A DNA stretch of 47,078 nt. Source: Bacteroidota bacterium (GTDB lineage Bacteria; Bacteroidota; Bacteroidia; UKL13-3). A program made the position numbers and the translations under genes. The first letter of the stretch is position 1; every line of letters begins with the position of its first letter. This document shows positions 28,053-38,520 of this stretch, piece by piece. The DNA lies in assembly GCA_030699355.1 (NCBI GenBank), contig JAUYMZ010000454.1:1-47078 (forward strand), written 5' to 3'. Below the pieces are notes generated by a model. It was not told where the DNA came from. It saw only the letters and a list, made by a program, of their open reading frames with translations, and made no database searches.

Positions 28053-31000
28053 ATGCAAAAAAATCTACTAAAAATTCCCCTTTTAATGATGTTATTGTTT
28101 GCCATAACAAGCATTCATTTTAAGGCGCTAGGGCAAGCTAATATTGCTCCTACGGCAACGGTAAGTGCTTTTGGTAACAACCAAGCACCCTTTCAATGGA
28201 ATCAAATTAATGATCTTAATTTTGGAACCTGTGGTACGCAACAAGCCTTTGTTTGGACACCCGGGCCGCCTAATGGCACAGAGTTTATGCTTTGGGAATG
28301 GACTTCCCCAAAACGTATTGATAGAATTATCATTCATCATGCCGACATGACCAGCCGCTTTTTAACAGGTGGTACTGTTCAAATTTGGAATGGGTCTAGT
28401 TTTGTGAATGTACATACTTTTTCAGGGTTAAGTCAGGCATTATGTGTAAACACCATTGTTTTACCTTCTCCAGTAACCACACTTCAGTTAAGGATTACCA
28501 ATTTTGTGATGGGAACTGGGCAAAACAGTAATCCAAATTTTAGAGAAATTGAAATTATTGAAGCGCCTTCATCTTTTAACGATGCGGGTGTTGTAGCTAT
28601 AGATTCACCAGCTGTTTGGATTACAGGTAACACCAATGTTGTTGCTCGTATTCGTAATTTTGGTTTGAACCAAATTACTTCTGCAAATGTTAATTGGGAA
28701 CTAAATGGTGCTCCGCAAACCAGTATTCCATTTACTGGTCTTTTAGATACAAGTGGTGGAGCTGGTTCTACTACTGCCTTAGTTAATTTGGGTAGTGTTA
28801 ATTTTACAAATAATCAATTATATAGAATAAAAGCATGGACAAGCTCTCCTAACTTTCTGCCAGATACCTTAAACTTAAATGATACTACCACTAGGTTACT
28901 AAGATCACCATTGAGTGGAAGTTATACTATTGGCAGTAATAACTGTGATTTTATAAGCATCACAGAGGCAAATTCAATTTTAGCAGCTGCAGGAGTATCT
29001 GGGCCAGTTGTTTTTAATTTATGCGACACCTTGTACGCAGCCTCAACGGGAGAAACTTTTCCAGTAATTTTATCTTCTGCAAGCGGAATGAATGCTGTAA
29101 ACACAGTTACTTTTAAACCTTTATTTGGTAATGTGCCGCTTATTTCGCTAAACCAAGGTTCTCCAGCCTTTATTTTAAATAACGCTAAGTACTTTATAAT
29201 AGATGGCCGTGATACCTTTAGTTCAACAACGCGCAGTTTAATCATAGAAAATACGGGTATTACTGCCGGTGCAGCTATTATTAATTTGCAAAACGATGCA
29301 ATTGCCAATACCATTAGAAATGTTGTAATAAGATTTAATAATACTTCTACTATTGCGGGTGCAATCAATATTTTGGGTAGTACTTTATTTTTAGGTAATG
29401 ATAGCAATCAAATTGTTAATAATTATTTTGTAAGAAGTTCGGCAGGTCCGTATACCATTGGTGTATTCTCTCAAGGTCAATCTAATGTTATTCAAAACAA
29501 TAATAATGTTATCAGTAACAATGAGTTTAATGGATTTACGTTTAATGGTATTCAAATTAGTGCAGGTAATAATGGTAATGGCTCATTTTGGCGTATAACA
29601 GATAATAGTTTTTTTGATTCTTCTTCGGTTACCAATCAACTTTCGACTTGGTCGGCTATTAACTTTATACCGGGAACCATAAGTGGCTCGGTGGGCAACC
29701 GCATTACTGGAAATTTTATTGGTGGTACTGAAGCTATGGCATCAGGCAATCCGCTTACTAATAATTCAGTAGTTTTACGTGTGGGTATTCAATTTACCGC
29801 AAGTTTGGGTACGGCTAATATTATTTCTGGCAACCATATCAAGAATTTCTTTTTACCAAATACCACGGCTACTAGTGGTTTTACTGGTATCCAATTATCG
29901 GGTGGTGTGGGCGTTATCGATAGTAATTTTATTAGTAATATTCTCACTTTTAACAATGCCTTAACTGTTGGTATTAACGCTACTGCGGCAGCAAATTATG
30001 ATATTACCCGCAATCAAATTCATACGATAAGATTAAACAATATTGGAACCACAGGTGCGATTAGAGGTATTGTTACCAGTTCGGGTCAAACAGTAAATAT
30101 TTTAAACAACGTTGTTAAAGGATTTAGAACAGATTCAAGAAATACAGGAACTTCAACTGCTTCCTCAGTAATTGGTATCAATTCTCAAGCTTCAAGTAAC
30201 AATGTTACCATTGCCAATAATTTTATTGGAACTTTGGACGAACCTTTAGTAAACGCCCACAACTTCACTTCCAATATTTCTGTACAAGGTATTGTTGTTT
30301 CGAGTGGTACCAACATTATTGAGAACAACGTGATTGATGGTTTAATTTTGGACTCTACAGCGCAAACAACGTTTAGTTCTTCTACTGGTGCGGCAATGAA
30401 TGGAATTCTTTGTTTTGCATTTAGCGGTGGGCAAATCATTAGAAACAATACGGTTAAGCATCTATTCCAAAGGTCTGCTGCGGCTGCACAAACAAGCCAA
30501 ATAAACGGTATCTGTTATGCAAGTTCTGGTTTTACTACCATTGAAAACAATATAATTCACAGCTTATTTAGTCGTTCAACCAATACCAGTACCTCTACAT
30601 CTGCGGCATTAAATGGTATTAATTTTGCTTCTTCGGGTAGGGCAATTATTCATAATAATTACATAGATTCTATTGTTTTATTACCGGCAACCATTGCTAC
30701 TAATCAGGTTAATGGTATCTTAGTTTTTGGAACAAATGGAAACAGGGTAACTAATAATGTTATAAAAACTATTTTTAACTCTTTTACAAGTACTAATCCG
30801 GGAATTTGTGGTATTCAATATGTTACATCATTAACCAATCAAGTTTGTGAAGGAAATACCATTTTTGGTTTAGTAAATAGACATACTGCATCAACGGGTT
30901 CAGTTGTAGGTATTAGGTTATTTACTTCTACACAATTAACCGATAATATCAATGTTATTAATAGAAACTTTATTCATAGTTTCTCAATGCTTGTTAATGC

Positions 31001-34000
31001 CTCGGTTGGAACATTAACTGGTATCGATGTGCTTTCTGGTACACAAACGTTATCTAATAATATTATTCGTTTAGGGATAGATACTGCAGGAAACGCATAT
31101 ACCAACGCAAGCAATATTAATGGAATTTTAGATAATACATTCAGTACTACAACTGTAAACAGATACTACCATAATACAGTTTATATTGGAGGTAGCCCTG
31201 TTTCTGGAACCGCTCAAACGGCTGCTTTTAGAGCCGCAAGTTCTGGTTCTCAGTGGCAAGATATTCGCAATAATATTTTTGTAAATTTAGTTAACAACAA
31301 TGGCGCTTTGGGAACCAATGCAGCAATCGCATTAGCTTCAGCCCCATTTGCCCAAAGTATTATCAACTACAATATTTTATGGGCGGGTTCTGGTCTAACC
31401 AATAACTTCATCGGAACTGGACCAGGTAATGCTACTACCATGACTGGCATAGCTGGTTGGAGAAGATTAAGTGGAAGGGAAGTGAATGGTATTCATGGCA
31501 ATCCTGGTTTGTTAAACCCAGCTGCTGCTAACTTGTTACCCTCTAATATGCAATTGGGAGCTGCTAATATTGCTGAATCTGCTGGAGACATGGATGTTGC
31601 GGTTTTGGTACCAAACGATTTTAATGATGCTAACCGTTCTTCAAATACACCTACTGATATAGGTGCTTGGTCATCGGCTACGCATACCTTAACCTCCGAT
31701 TTAATTCCTCCTGTAATTACGTATACGCCATTAACCAATACTTCATTATTAAACAGCAGAACCTTTACAGCAAACATTTTGGATGTACATTCTGGTGTTC
31801 AGTTTGGTGCATTGGAGCCACGCCTTTATTTTAACAAAAATAATGGCACCTACTTCTCAACACCAGGTGTTTTATTAAGTGGTAATAGTAGAAGCGGTGT
31901 TTGGGCATTCACCATCGACAGTGCTTTATTGGGTGGTTTTACGGTGAGTGATGTGATTCGTTATTATGTTATTGCTCAAGATAGCGTAAATAATTATGCT
32001 ACTTTCCCTACCTATGCCATTGCCACCAGCCCATCAGCGGTAACTACGCCTCCGGCAACTCCGTTTCAATATCAAATATCTGAACCTTTACCTTTAATTA
32101 TTACAGTTGGACCAACAGGAAATTTCCCTAATTTAACAGGAACAACGGGCTTATTTAATGCAATAAACACACGTTTTTTACAAGGAAATACCACCGTTTT
32201 ATTGGAAGCAGGTACGATTGCAGAAACGGGCACATTTGGTTTGAACCAATGGCTAGAAGTAAGTGGAAATACGATAGGTAACTTTAATTATACCCTAACC
32301 ATTCGTCCGATATCTTCAACACAAGTAATACTTACAGGTAATGCAACAATGGCTGATGGATTAATTAGGCTAAATGGTGCTGATCGTGTTCATATTTTGG
32401 GTTACGACTCGCTTGGATTACCAAGCGATACCAATTTAATTATTAGAAATATTGCTACGAGTCAGCCAGCTTTAACTTTATTAAACGACGCTGTAGATAA
32501 TAGATTCGTACAAGTAATTTTTGAATCTAGAAATACAGGTACTGCCACTGTAAATGGTGGTGTGGCAAGAATTAGTCCAACTTCTATTGCAACAGGTAAT
32601 GATAATATTGTTTTTTCGGCATGTCATTTCAGACGAGATTACACCAATACAACTTTCCCTGGAACACCAGGTATTTTGTTTGCTGCTTCGGGAACTACAG
32701 GTGTTAATAGAGAAAACGATAATTTAACCATTGAAAATAGCTTTTTCTATAACTTTAATTTTAATGCCATTCAAATTGGAACAGGTACAGGAAACAATCA
32801 GATTATTAGAAATAATCAGTTTTTCCAAAATGAGGGAATATTCCATACCACCTCTCCAACTGTAATCAACTTTATACCAGGAGCTGTTTCTAACAATGAT
32901 TCTATTGTAAATAATACTATTGGAGGAAATGCCGCAAACTTAACTGGTAATTGGATTCCAGTGGCTACTGCAACAGGTTTAACATATACGGGTATTTTAG
33001 CTAGTTCAGGTGTTGGAACAGGAACAGTTATCCATGGAAATAGAATTGCAAATATTTTACACAATCAAACTGTAGCTTCTACATTTACGGGTATACAAGT
33101 AAATAATGGTGGAGGAGCAGTAAGAATAGAAAGTAATTATATTGGTGATACTTTGAAAGCAGATAATATTCTACATTCTGGAAATAATATCATGTTAGCT
33201 ATTAGTTGCCAAACTGGTTCGAATTCTTTTATCAACAATAACCTCATTGCTAATTTAACCAACAACAATCCTTTGGGTATAAGTGTTGCTGTAAATGGTA
33301 TTAGGGCATGGAATCAAACTGCCATCTTAGAAATAAAAGGCAATAAAATTCTTAATTTAAAAGATTCTAGTAACAATACAGGAAGTACTACAGGTGCTGC
33401 CATGGTGGGTATCAACGTTTCATCTTCTACCAACTCTATTTTGATTGAGAATAACTTAATTTCTGGATTGCAAAACAACTCCGTAACGGTTGCTTCTTCT
33501 AGTCAAGTAATTGGAATTTTGAATACAAGTGGCTTACCATTTATATTAAACAACACGGTTGAAAATTTAACAGGTAGATCATTGAGTACAGGATCAAATA
33601 CCATTGCTACTATACTTGGTATTTCTTCTTCTTCTTTCACGCCAAATCAGCAAATAAGGAACAATATTGTTAGAAACTTATTATACAATAACCCATCGCC
33701 AGCATCCACTCAAATGATTGGTATTCTTCAGGCAAGTGGTAGTGGTCATGTTATTACCAATAACTTGGTACATAACTTAAGAACCAATAGTAGTAGTATC
33801 AATACAGCTACTACTTCTGCTGTTATAGGTATTTCTCATATAGGTTCGGGAAGTCAGTTAACGATTGCTCAAAATACAGTGCACACCATTGAATCGTTTG
33901 GTTCAGCCAGTAATTCTTTGGTTGGTATTTTATACCAAGGTACTACAACTTTAGCAAGTAATAATATTGCAAGAAACAATATACATAGCTTTAGATTAGG

Positions 34001-37000
34001 AGGTTTGTCTGGTGGAAGAATGATTGGAATTCAACAAAATAGTGGGTCATTCACGAGATATGCGAATAACATGATTCGTTTAGGTGTCGATTCTGCTGGA
34101 ACTCCTTATACCGGTCCGTTCGAAGTAAATGGTATCTTAACTGATATTGCTGGTAATTTTGAATATTACCATAATAGCATTTATTTGGGTGGTTCGCCTT
34201 CAAATGGGTTTGCAGTAACCTCTGCCATTAGGTTAAATGGTACACCAATTGGAACCCAGGTTTACGATGTGCGCAACAATATTTTGGTAAATGCAGTAAG
34301 CAATACAGGTACTGCATCTGGTAAGAATTTTGCGTTAAGAATTACTGCATTACCAGTAAATGCTAGTAGCTTGGTTTCTAATTATAATTTAATGCATACA
34401 CCAGGAACTGGTGGTTTGGTTGCGGGTACAAATATAGTAGACTATGCTCTTTTAAACGGTTTAGCTGGATGGAAGAGAGCTTCTGGATATGATTTGCAAA
34501 GTGCCATTGATTCTCCTTCATTTATCAATGCATTGGGTAGTGCTTTCGATGTTAATTTAAGATTAGCTCCAGTAAATCCAGTGGAAGGTAGTGGAGACCC
34601 TTCAATTTCCAACCTTGTTACCGAGGATTTTGATGGAGCTTGCAGAAGTTGCTCAACCGCAACTGATATTGGAGCACATGCTGGTAACTTTACACTTTCT
34701 GCGGATGTAATTGCACCAACTATTTCTTATACTCCAATTAGCAATCAAGGAAATGCTACTGGTCCGTATACGTTTTCTGGTGTAGTTATTAGGGATAACG
34801 TAGGTGTTCCTTATCTTAATTCACTTGTAGCGCCAAAACTCTATTATAAAAAGGGAGTAAATGGAACATTTACCTCTGTGGCTCCAATAGCTCAAACTGG
34901 AACTCCTGCGAATAAGGTATTAAGCTTCGAAATTTCTTATACACCTTTTGGTGGCGTGCTACCTGGTGATACCATTTTCTATTTTGTTATGGCACAAGAT
35001 AGTTTGGGTGCAAACCTTTCTTCTCACCGCCCTTTTGCCATTGCAACAGATGTAAACACTTTGGTTAATGAACCACAAACGTTGGATTCTTATTTAATTC
35101 TTCCTGTTATTCCTGCTAATTCTAAGTTTTACGTAGGTAGTGGCCAAACTTACCCAACCTTAACAGGTGCTGGTGGTTTGTTTGAATACTTAAATAGCAA
35201 TACCATTGGAGGTAATGTAACCGCAGTAATCACGTCTAATCTTGTTGAGCCTGGAACTTTTGCCATTAACCAAATTGGTACGGGAGGTTTAGCCGGTGGA
35301 AACTTTAGCATAACCATTAGACCTGATTCTAGTGCACTCACAACACCACGTATTGTTTCAGGGTCTGTTGCATCTGGCTTAATTCGCTTAAATAGCTCAG
35401 ATAGAGTTAAAATTACTGGTATACCTGATTTAAGTAGCAACGCATCTTTAAGAAACTTAACGTTGCGCAATAGTGCAAATGGTCCGGTTGTTTTATTTTT
35501 TAATGGTGCTCAAGAAAATGCCTTGATTAATTTAACCATTGAAGGCTCAAATTCAACTGCATTTAATGCTGTAAATAGTGGCTTGGTATCTTTTGCTGGA
35601 AGCAACACAGGGGTAGGAAATAATTTTGATACGGTATCAAATTGTATTGTTAGAAATGATTTATCAGTTGCTTTCCCTTCAGGGGTTCCAGCTACTTTGG
35701 TAAACAGTGTGCATACCGGACTAACATTAAACAGTAATAATGTTATTATCAATAATCAGTTCTCAAATGCTTCTACGGCTTATGTGAATATTGATGCAGG
35801 TTCTGGTGATTCTTGGACTGTTTCGGGGAATAGTTTCTTCAACAATTTGCCAATATTAACAACCAATGCTTTATCTATCAGACTTAATGGAGGTTTCTTA
35901 TCGAACGGACATTCTATTCAGAATAATATTATTGGAGGTACTTCTGCCAATGCTGGGGGTTTACCATGGACGAGCAATGTGTTTGCTGCTTGGAACCAAA
36001 TACAGTTAGCGGTAGGCAATAGTTCTGCTACTTTGGTAAACGGTAATATCATTAGAAACATGCGCTTTGCACAAATTTCCAGTGGTACTCAATGGAATGG
36101 TATTATTGCTACTTCTGGAATGTTGAATATAACCAATAACCAAATTGGAGACTCTACTGTAGCTGGAGGTATTGAATTAAATCCGCCAACAACACATAAT
36201 GGTATTGCTATCAATGCCACTGTAACAGCACCATTAATATTAAGTGGAAATAGAATTACTGGAATTGCCTTAAATAATCCAGGTGCATTTTTAAGCTTTA
36301 ATGGTATATTGGTAGCTGGTGGTATTGCAGATATCAATAATAACACCATTGGGTCTACTACCATTCCAAACAGTATTGTTCACAATGCTAATAGTTCTGT
36401 TCGCGGTATATTAATCTCAACTGCTGCTAATGTGGATCCAGCAACAAAAGTTAATTATAATACAATAGCTAATATTACTTGTTTAGGAAATCAAATTAGT
36501 GTGAGTTTAGGTGGTATTTTTGTTCAAGGTACTACGGCTGCTCAAATCACAGGTAATACCATATTTAACTTGCGTTCTCTCTCTTCAAATGTAACTGTAA
36601 CACCAACTTCTTTCTCATCGTTTGGTATTGCCATTGCGGCAGCAACCTTACCAGGAGCAAGCATTACGAGCAATACAATTTATAATATAGATGCAGCTAA
36701 TGCGGGTAATTTAACAACTAATGCTGCAGGTATTATTATACAGTCTGCTAATAGAGCTAATATAATTGGTAACCGTATATACGATATTAGAAATGCTAGT
36801 ACCTCAACTGCGGTTAACCCAATGGCTACAGCAAATGGTATCTTTATTACTTCTGCTATTAATACGATTGATGTTGTTAATAACCAAATAACTTTAGGTC
36901 TGAACCAAAATAATAATGTTCAATTTAATGGTATTTGGCAGAGTAACGCTGGGTTTGATGGTTTCTATTATAATAACTCAGTTGTTATTGCTGGTAATTC

Positions 37001-38501
37001 AAATGGAGCCATTCCTACCTACGCTTTCCATAGAGGTACCAACGCTACTTTTGAAACTACTTCTGGTGTAACTGCTATTAATAATATTTTTATTAATAAT
37101 AGAACAGGTACCTCAAGCAAACATTATGCTATTGCCAATGAAGTGGCAGGTTTTGTATCTGGTTCTGGTTGGAGTTCTCTTAACTATAATTTCTTGTCAT
37201 CGGCTCAAGCCAGTACTGTTGGTTTGTGGGGAGGTTTAGATAGAAATATTTCTGAATGGAGAACAAGCACCAATGCTGATAGAAATTCTTGGAGTGAATT
37301 ATCGTCTATCGTTAATCCAACAAGTGTATTTACCAGTTTGGCTTCTGGAAATTTGAACGTAAATACTACTTCTCCATTAAGTTGGTACTTTAATGGTAAA
37401 GGTATTGCTGGTGCAAGCGTTGCTAATTTAAATATGGATATTGATGGAAACCCTAGAGGTACCAGCTTAGGATTTGGAATTGATATAGGTTCAAACGAAT
37501 TTAATACCACAACCACTCCACCACAGGTTAGTGTATCTGCGGCGCCAATGGCAAATGGTACAAGTATTTTAAGTTTTGCTTCTCGTGAAATAGCCACGGT
37601 ATTGTGGGGTGCATCAGGTACTGTTCCAAGTGCTATAACAGGTGCATACTACAGTGGAACTAATCCTCCTGCAACATTCTCGCCAGCTAGGTTCTTTAAT
37701 GCCTACCTAGATTTAGGTGCTACAGGTGGATCTGCTTATTCGTATAGAGTAACTTTAAATTACGACCTTGCTTTATTAGGGTCAGTAAGTTCAGAAAGCA
37801 GTATCCGTATTGCATCAAGAATTGCAAATACTTGGGCAGTAGATTCGAATACAGTTCTAAATGTAAGTAATAGAACAGCCGCAAATACTGTTTCAAATAC
37901 AGCCATGGGTGTATTTACCGGAACAGATATTACAGCGCCGCTTCCAGTTCAAATGAGCTTCTTTACAGCAATGGCCTCAAATGAAGATGTTATATTATCT
38001 TGGGCTACGGCTTCTGAGTTAAACAACAAAGGCTTTGAGTTGGAGCGTTCTTATGATGGAATCAATTTTGAAAACTTTGGTTTTGTTAAAGGAGCTGGCA
38101 ATTCGGTTCGAACCCAACGTTATAGCGCAACTGATATCAATGCATTTACCAACAGTAATACCTTATACTATCGTTTAAAACAAATTGATTTTGATGGTAT
38201 GTATACATATTCTTCGATTGCTGTAGTTAATAAAAATGCGCTCGAGGGTTTTGTAAGCAATGTTTTCCCTAATCCATTTGTGTCTGATTTTATTGTTCAA
38301 ATAAATACACCACAAAGCGGAAAGGCAGAGCTTACCTTAATTGATATTACAGGTAAAATTGTAGCAAGCAGAACAGATGATTTGGTTATAGGTGGTAATC
38401 TGATAGATTTCACTGAAACAGCCGCGAATTCAGGTGTTTATTTCTTAACTATTAAGCAAGGAGATTTCTACACAGTGCAGAAAATTGTAAGTGTAAAATA
38501 A
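28053..38501 (+). CDS. Giant (3482 aa) T9SS-secreted surface protein: signal peptide, discoidin-like and CARDB-like domains, three roughly 1000-aa parallel beta-helix super-repeats, type-A C-terminal sorting domain
   Basis: A single uninterrupted ORF. Signal peptide MQKNLLKIPLLMMLLFAITSIHFKALGQA. Pervasive N/I/G/T/S-rich PbH1-like turns (NNxI.N, GI....). C-terminal FPNPF...LTLIDITGKIV...GVYFLTIKQGDFYTVQKIVSVK. A strong terminator follows. Confidence 0.9.
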   Translation: MQKNLLKIPLLMMLLFAITSIHFKALGQANIAPTATVSAFGNNQAPFQWNQINDLNFGTCGTQQAFVWTPGPPNGTEFMLWEWTSPKRIDRIIIHHADMTSRFLTGGTVQIWNGSSFVNVHTFSGLSQALCVNTIVLPSPVTTLQLRITNFVMGTGQNSNPNFREIEIIEAPSSFNDAGVVAIDSPAVWITGNTNVVARIRNFGLNQITSANVNWELNGAPQTSIPFTGLLDTSGGAGSTTALVNLGSVNFTNNQLYRIKAWTSSPNFLPDTLNLNDTTTRLLRSPLSGSYTIGSNNCDFISITEANSILAAAGVSGPVVFNLCDTLYAASTGETFPVILSSASGMNAVNTVTFKPLFGNVPLISLNQGSPAFILNNAKYFIIDGRDTFSSTTRSLIIENTGITAGAAIINLQNDAIANTIRNVVIRFNNTSTIAGAINILGSTLFLGNDSNQIVNNYFVRSSAGPYTIGVFSQGQSNVIQNNNNVISNNEFNGFTFNGIQISAGNNGNGSFWRITDNSFFDSSSVTNQLSTWSAINFIPGTISGSVGNRITGNFIGGTEAMASGNPLTNNSVVLRVGIQFTASLGTANIISGNHIKNFFLPNTTATSGFTGIQLSGGVGVIDSNFISNILTFNNALTVGINATAAANYDITRNQIHTIRLNNIGTTGAIRGIVTSSGQTVNILNNVVKGFRTDSRNTGTSTASSVIGINSQASSNNVTIANNFIGTLDEPLVNAHNFTSNISVQGIVVSSGTNIIENNVIDGLILDSTAQTTFSSSTGAAMNGILCFAFSGGQIIRNNTVKHLFQRSAAAAQTSQINGICYASSGFTTIENNIIHSLFSRSTNTSTSTSAALNGINFASSGRAIIHNNYIDSIVLLPATIATNQVNGILVFGTNGNRVTNNVIKTIFNSFTSTNPGICGIQYVTSLTNQVCEGNTIFGLVNRHTASTGSVVGIRLFTSTQLTDNINVINRNFIHSFSMLVNASVGTLTGIDVLSGTQTLSNNIIRLGIDTAGNAYTNASNINGILDNTFSTTTVNRYYHNTVYIGGSPVSGTAQTAAFRAASSGSQWQDIRNNIFVNLVNNNGALGTNAAIALASAPFAQSIINYNILWAGSGLTNNFIGTGPGNATTMTGIAGWRRLSGREVNGIHGNPGLLNPAAANLLPSNMQLGAANIAESAGDMDVAVLVPNDFNDANRSSNTPTDIGAWSSATHTLTSDLIPPVITYTPLTNTSLLNSRTFTANILDVHSGVQFGALEPRLYFNKNNGTYFSTPGVLLSGNSRSGVWAFTIDSALLGGFTVSDVIRYYVIAQDSVNNYATFPTYAIATSPSAVTTPPATPFQYQISEPLPLIITVGPTGNFPNLTGTTGLFNAINTRFLQGNTTVLLEAGTIAETGTFGLNQWLEVSGNTIGNFNYTLTIRPISSTQVILTGNATMADGLIRLNGADRVHILGYDSLGLPSDTNLIIRNIATSQPALTLLNDAVDNRFVQVIFESRNTGTATVNGGVARISPTSIATGNDNIVFSACHFRRDYTNTTFPGTPGILFAASGTTGVNRENDNLTIENSFFYNFNFNAIQIGTGTGNNQIIRNNQFFQNEGIFHTTSPTVINFIPGAVSNNDSIVNNTIGGNAANLTGNWIPVATATGLTYTGILASSGVGTGTVIHGNRIANILHNQTVASTFTGIQVNNGGGAVRIESNYIGDTLKADNILHSGNNIMLAISCQTGSNSFINNNLIANLTNNNPLGISVAVNGIRAWNQTAILEIKGNKILNLKDSSNNTGSTTGAAMVGINVSSSTNSILIENNLISGLQNNSVTVASSSQVIGILNTSGLPFILNNTVENLTGRSLSTGSNTIATILGISSSSFTPNQQIRNNIVRNLLYNNPSPASTQMIGILQASGSGHVITNNLVHNLRTNSSSINTATTSAVIGISHIGSGSQLTIAQNTVHTIESFGSASNSLVGILYQGTTTLASNNIARNNIHSFRLGGLSGGRMIGIQQNSGSFTRYANNMIRLGVDSAGTPYTGPFEVNGILTDIAGNFEYYHNSIYLGGSPSNGFAVTSAIRLNGTPIGTQVYDVRNNILVNAVSNTGTASGKNFALRITALPVNASSLVSNYNLMHTPGTGGLVAGTNIVDYALLNGLAGWKRASGYDLQSAIDSPSFINALGSAFDVNLRLAPVNPVEGSGDPSISNLVTEDFDGACRSCSTATDIGAHAGNFTLSADVIAPTISYTPISNQGNATGPYTFSGVVIRDNVGVPYLNSLVAPKLYYKKGVNGTFTSVAPIAQTGTPANKVLSFEISYTPFGGVLPGDTIFYFVMAQDSLGANLSSHRPFAIATDVNTLVNEPQTLDSYLILPVIPANSKFYVGSGQTYPTLTGAGGLFEYLNSNTIGGNVTAVITSNLVEPGTFAINQIGTGGLAGGNFSITIRPDSSALTTPRIVSGSVASGLIRLNSSDRVKITGIPDLSSNASLRNLTLRNSANGPVVLFFNGAQENALINLTIEGSNSTAFNAVNSGLVSFAGSNTGVGNNFDTVSNCIVRNDLSVAFPSGVPATLVNSVHTGLTLNSNNVIINNQFSNASTAYVNIDAGSGDSWTVSGNSFFNNLPILTTNALSIRLNGGFLSNGHSIQNNIIGGTSANAGGLPWTSNVFAAWNQIQLAVGNSSATLVNGNIIRNMRFAQISSGTQWNGIIATSGMLNITNNQIGDSTVAGGIELNPPTTHNGIAINATVTAPLILSGNRITGIALNNPGAFLSFNGILVAGGIADINNNTIGSTTIPNSIVHNANSSVRGILISTAANVDPATKVNYNTIANITCLGNQISVSLGGIFVQGTTAAQITGNTIFNLRSLSSNVTVTPTSFSSFGIAIAAATLPGASITSNTIYNIDAANAGNLTTNAAGIIIQSANRANIIGNRIYDIRNASTSTAVNPMATANGIFITSAINTIDVVNNQITLGLNQNNNVQFNGIWQSNAGFDGFYYNNSVVIAGNSNGAIPTYAFHRGTNATFETTSGVTAINNIFINNRTGTSSKHYAIANEVAGFVSGSGWSSLNYNFLSSAQASTVGLWGGLDRNISEWRTSTNADRNSWSELSSIVNPTSVFTSLASGNLNVNTTSPLSWYFNGKGIAGASVANLNMDIDGNPRGTSLGFGIDIGSNEFNTTTTPPQVSVSAAPMANGTSILSFASREIATVLWGASGTVPSAITGAYYSGTNPPATFSPARFFNAYLDLGATGGSAYSYRVTLNYDLALLGSVSSESSIRIASRIANTWAVDSNTVLNVSNRTAANTVSNTAMGVFTGTDITAPLPVQMSFFTAMASNEDVILSWATASELNNKGFELERSYDGINFENFGFVKGAGNSVRTQRYSATDINAFTNSNTLYYRLKQIDFDGMYTYSSIAVVNKNALEGFVSNVFPNPFVSDFIVQINTPQSGKAELTLIDITGKIVASRTDDLVIGGNLIDFTETAANSGVYFLTIKQGDFYTVQKIVSVK
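28914..31670 (+). repeat. Protein-level super-repeat module 1 of the giant gene (about aa 288-1206)
   Basis: Opens SGSYTIGSNNCDFISITEANSILAAAGVSGPVVFNL...TVTFKP...IIDGRD. Closes ...YYHNTVYIGGSP...IRNNIFVNL...INYNILW...GIAGWRRLSGREVNGIHGNPGLLN...DFNDANRSSNTPTDIGAW. Boundaries are approximate. Confidence 0.6.
32100..34680 (+). repeat. Protein-level super-repeat module 2 (about aa 1350-2209), preceded by an Ig-like linker at 31671-32099
   Basis: Opens ITVGPTGNFPNLTGTTGLFNAINTRFLQGNTTVLLEAG...YTLTIRP...LIRLNGADRVHILGYD. Closes ...YYHNSIYLGGSP...VRNNILVNA...SNYNLMH...GLAGWKRASGYDLQSAIDSPSFIN...DFDGACRSCSTATDIGAH. The DIGA anchors of modules 1 and 2 are 1003 aa apart (D1202, D2205). Confidence 0.6.
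35124..37500 (+). repeat. Protein-level super-repeat module 3 (about aa 2358-3150), preceded by an Ig-like linker at 34681-35123
   Basis: Opens KFYVGSGQTYPTLTGAGGLFEYLNSNTIGGNVTAVITSN...FSITIRP...LIRLNSSDRVKITGI. Closes ...FYYNNSVVIAGNS...AINNIFINN...LNYNFLS...ISEWRTSTNADRNSWSELSSIVNP...DIDGNPRGTSLGFGIDIGSNEF (D3144). More diverged than modules 1 and 2. Confidence 0.5.
38253..38498 (+). other. Type-A T9SS C-terminal sorting domain (Por_Secre_tail-like) of the giant protein
   Basis: aa 3401-3482: VSNVFPNPFVSDFIVQINTPQSGKAELTLIDITGKIVASRTDDLVIGGNLIDFTETAANSGVYFLTIKQGDFYTVQKIVSVK. This has the canonical (F/Y)PNP..., D..G+.V and GVY.. spacing. Confidence 0.8.
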
Positions 38502-38520
38502 TCCAATAAGCTTTATCTTA

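Noticed and set aside
28128-37597. About a dozen 60-160-aa ORFs in the track lying antisense to, or out of frame with, the giant gene. Examples are 28922-29407, 35150-35470 and 37205-37597.
   Set aside because: All are fully embedded in one continuous 3482-codon ORF with coherent domain structure. Their translations are low-complexity mirror images with no motifs, so they are shadow ORFs.
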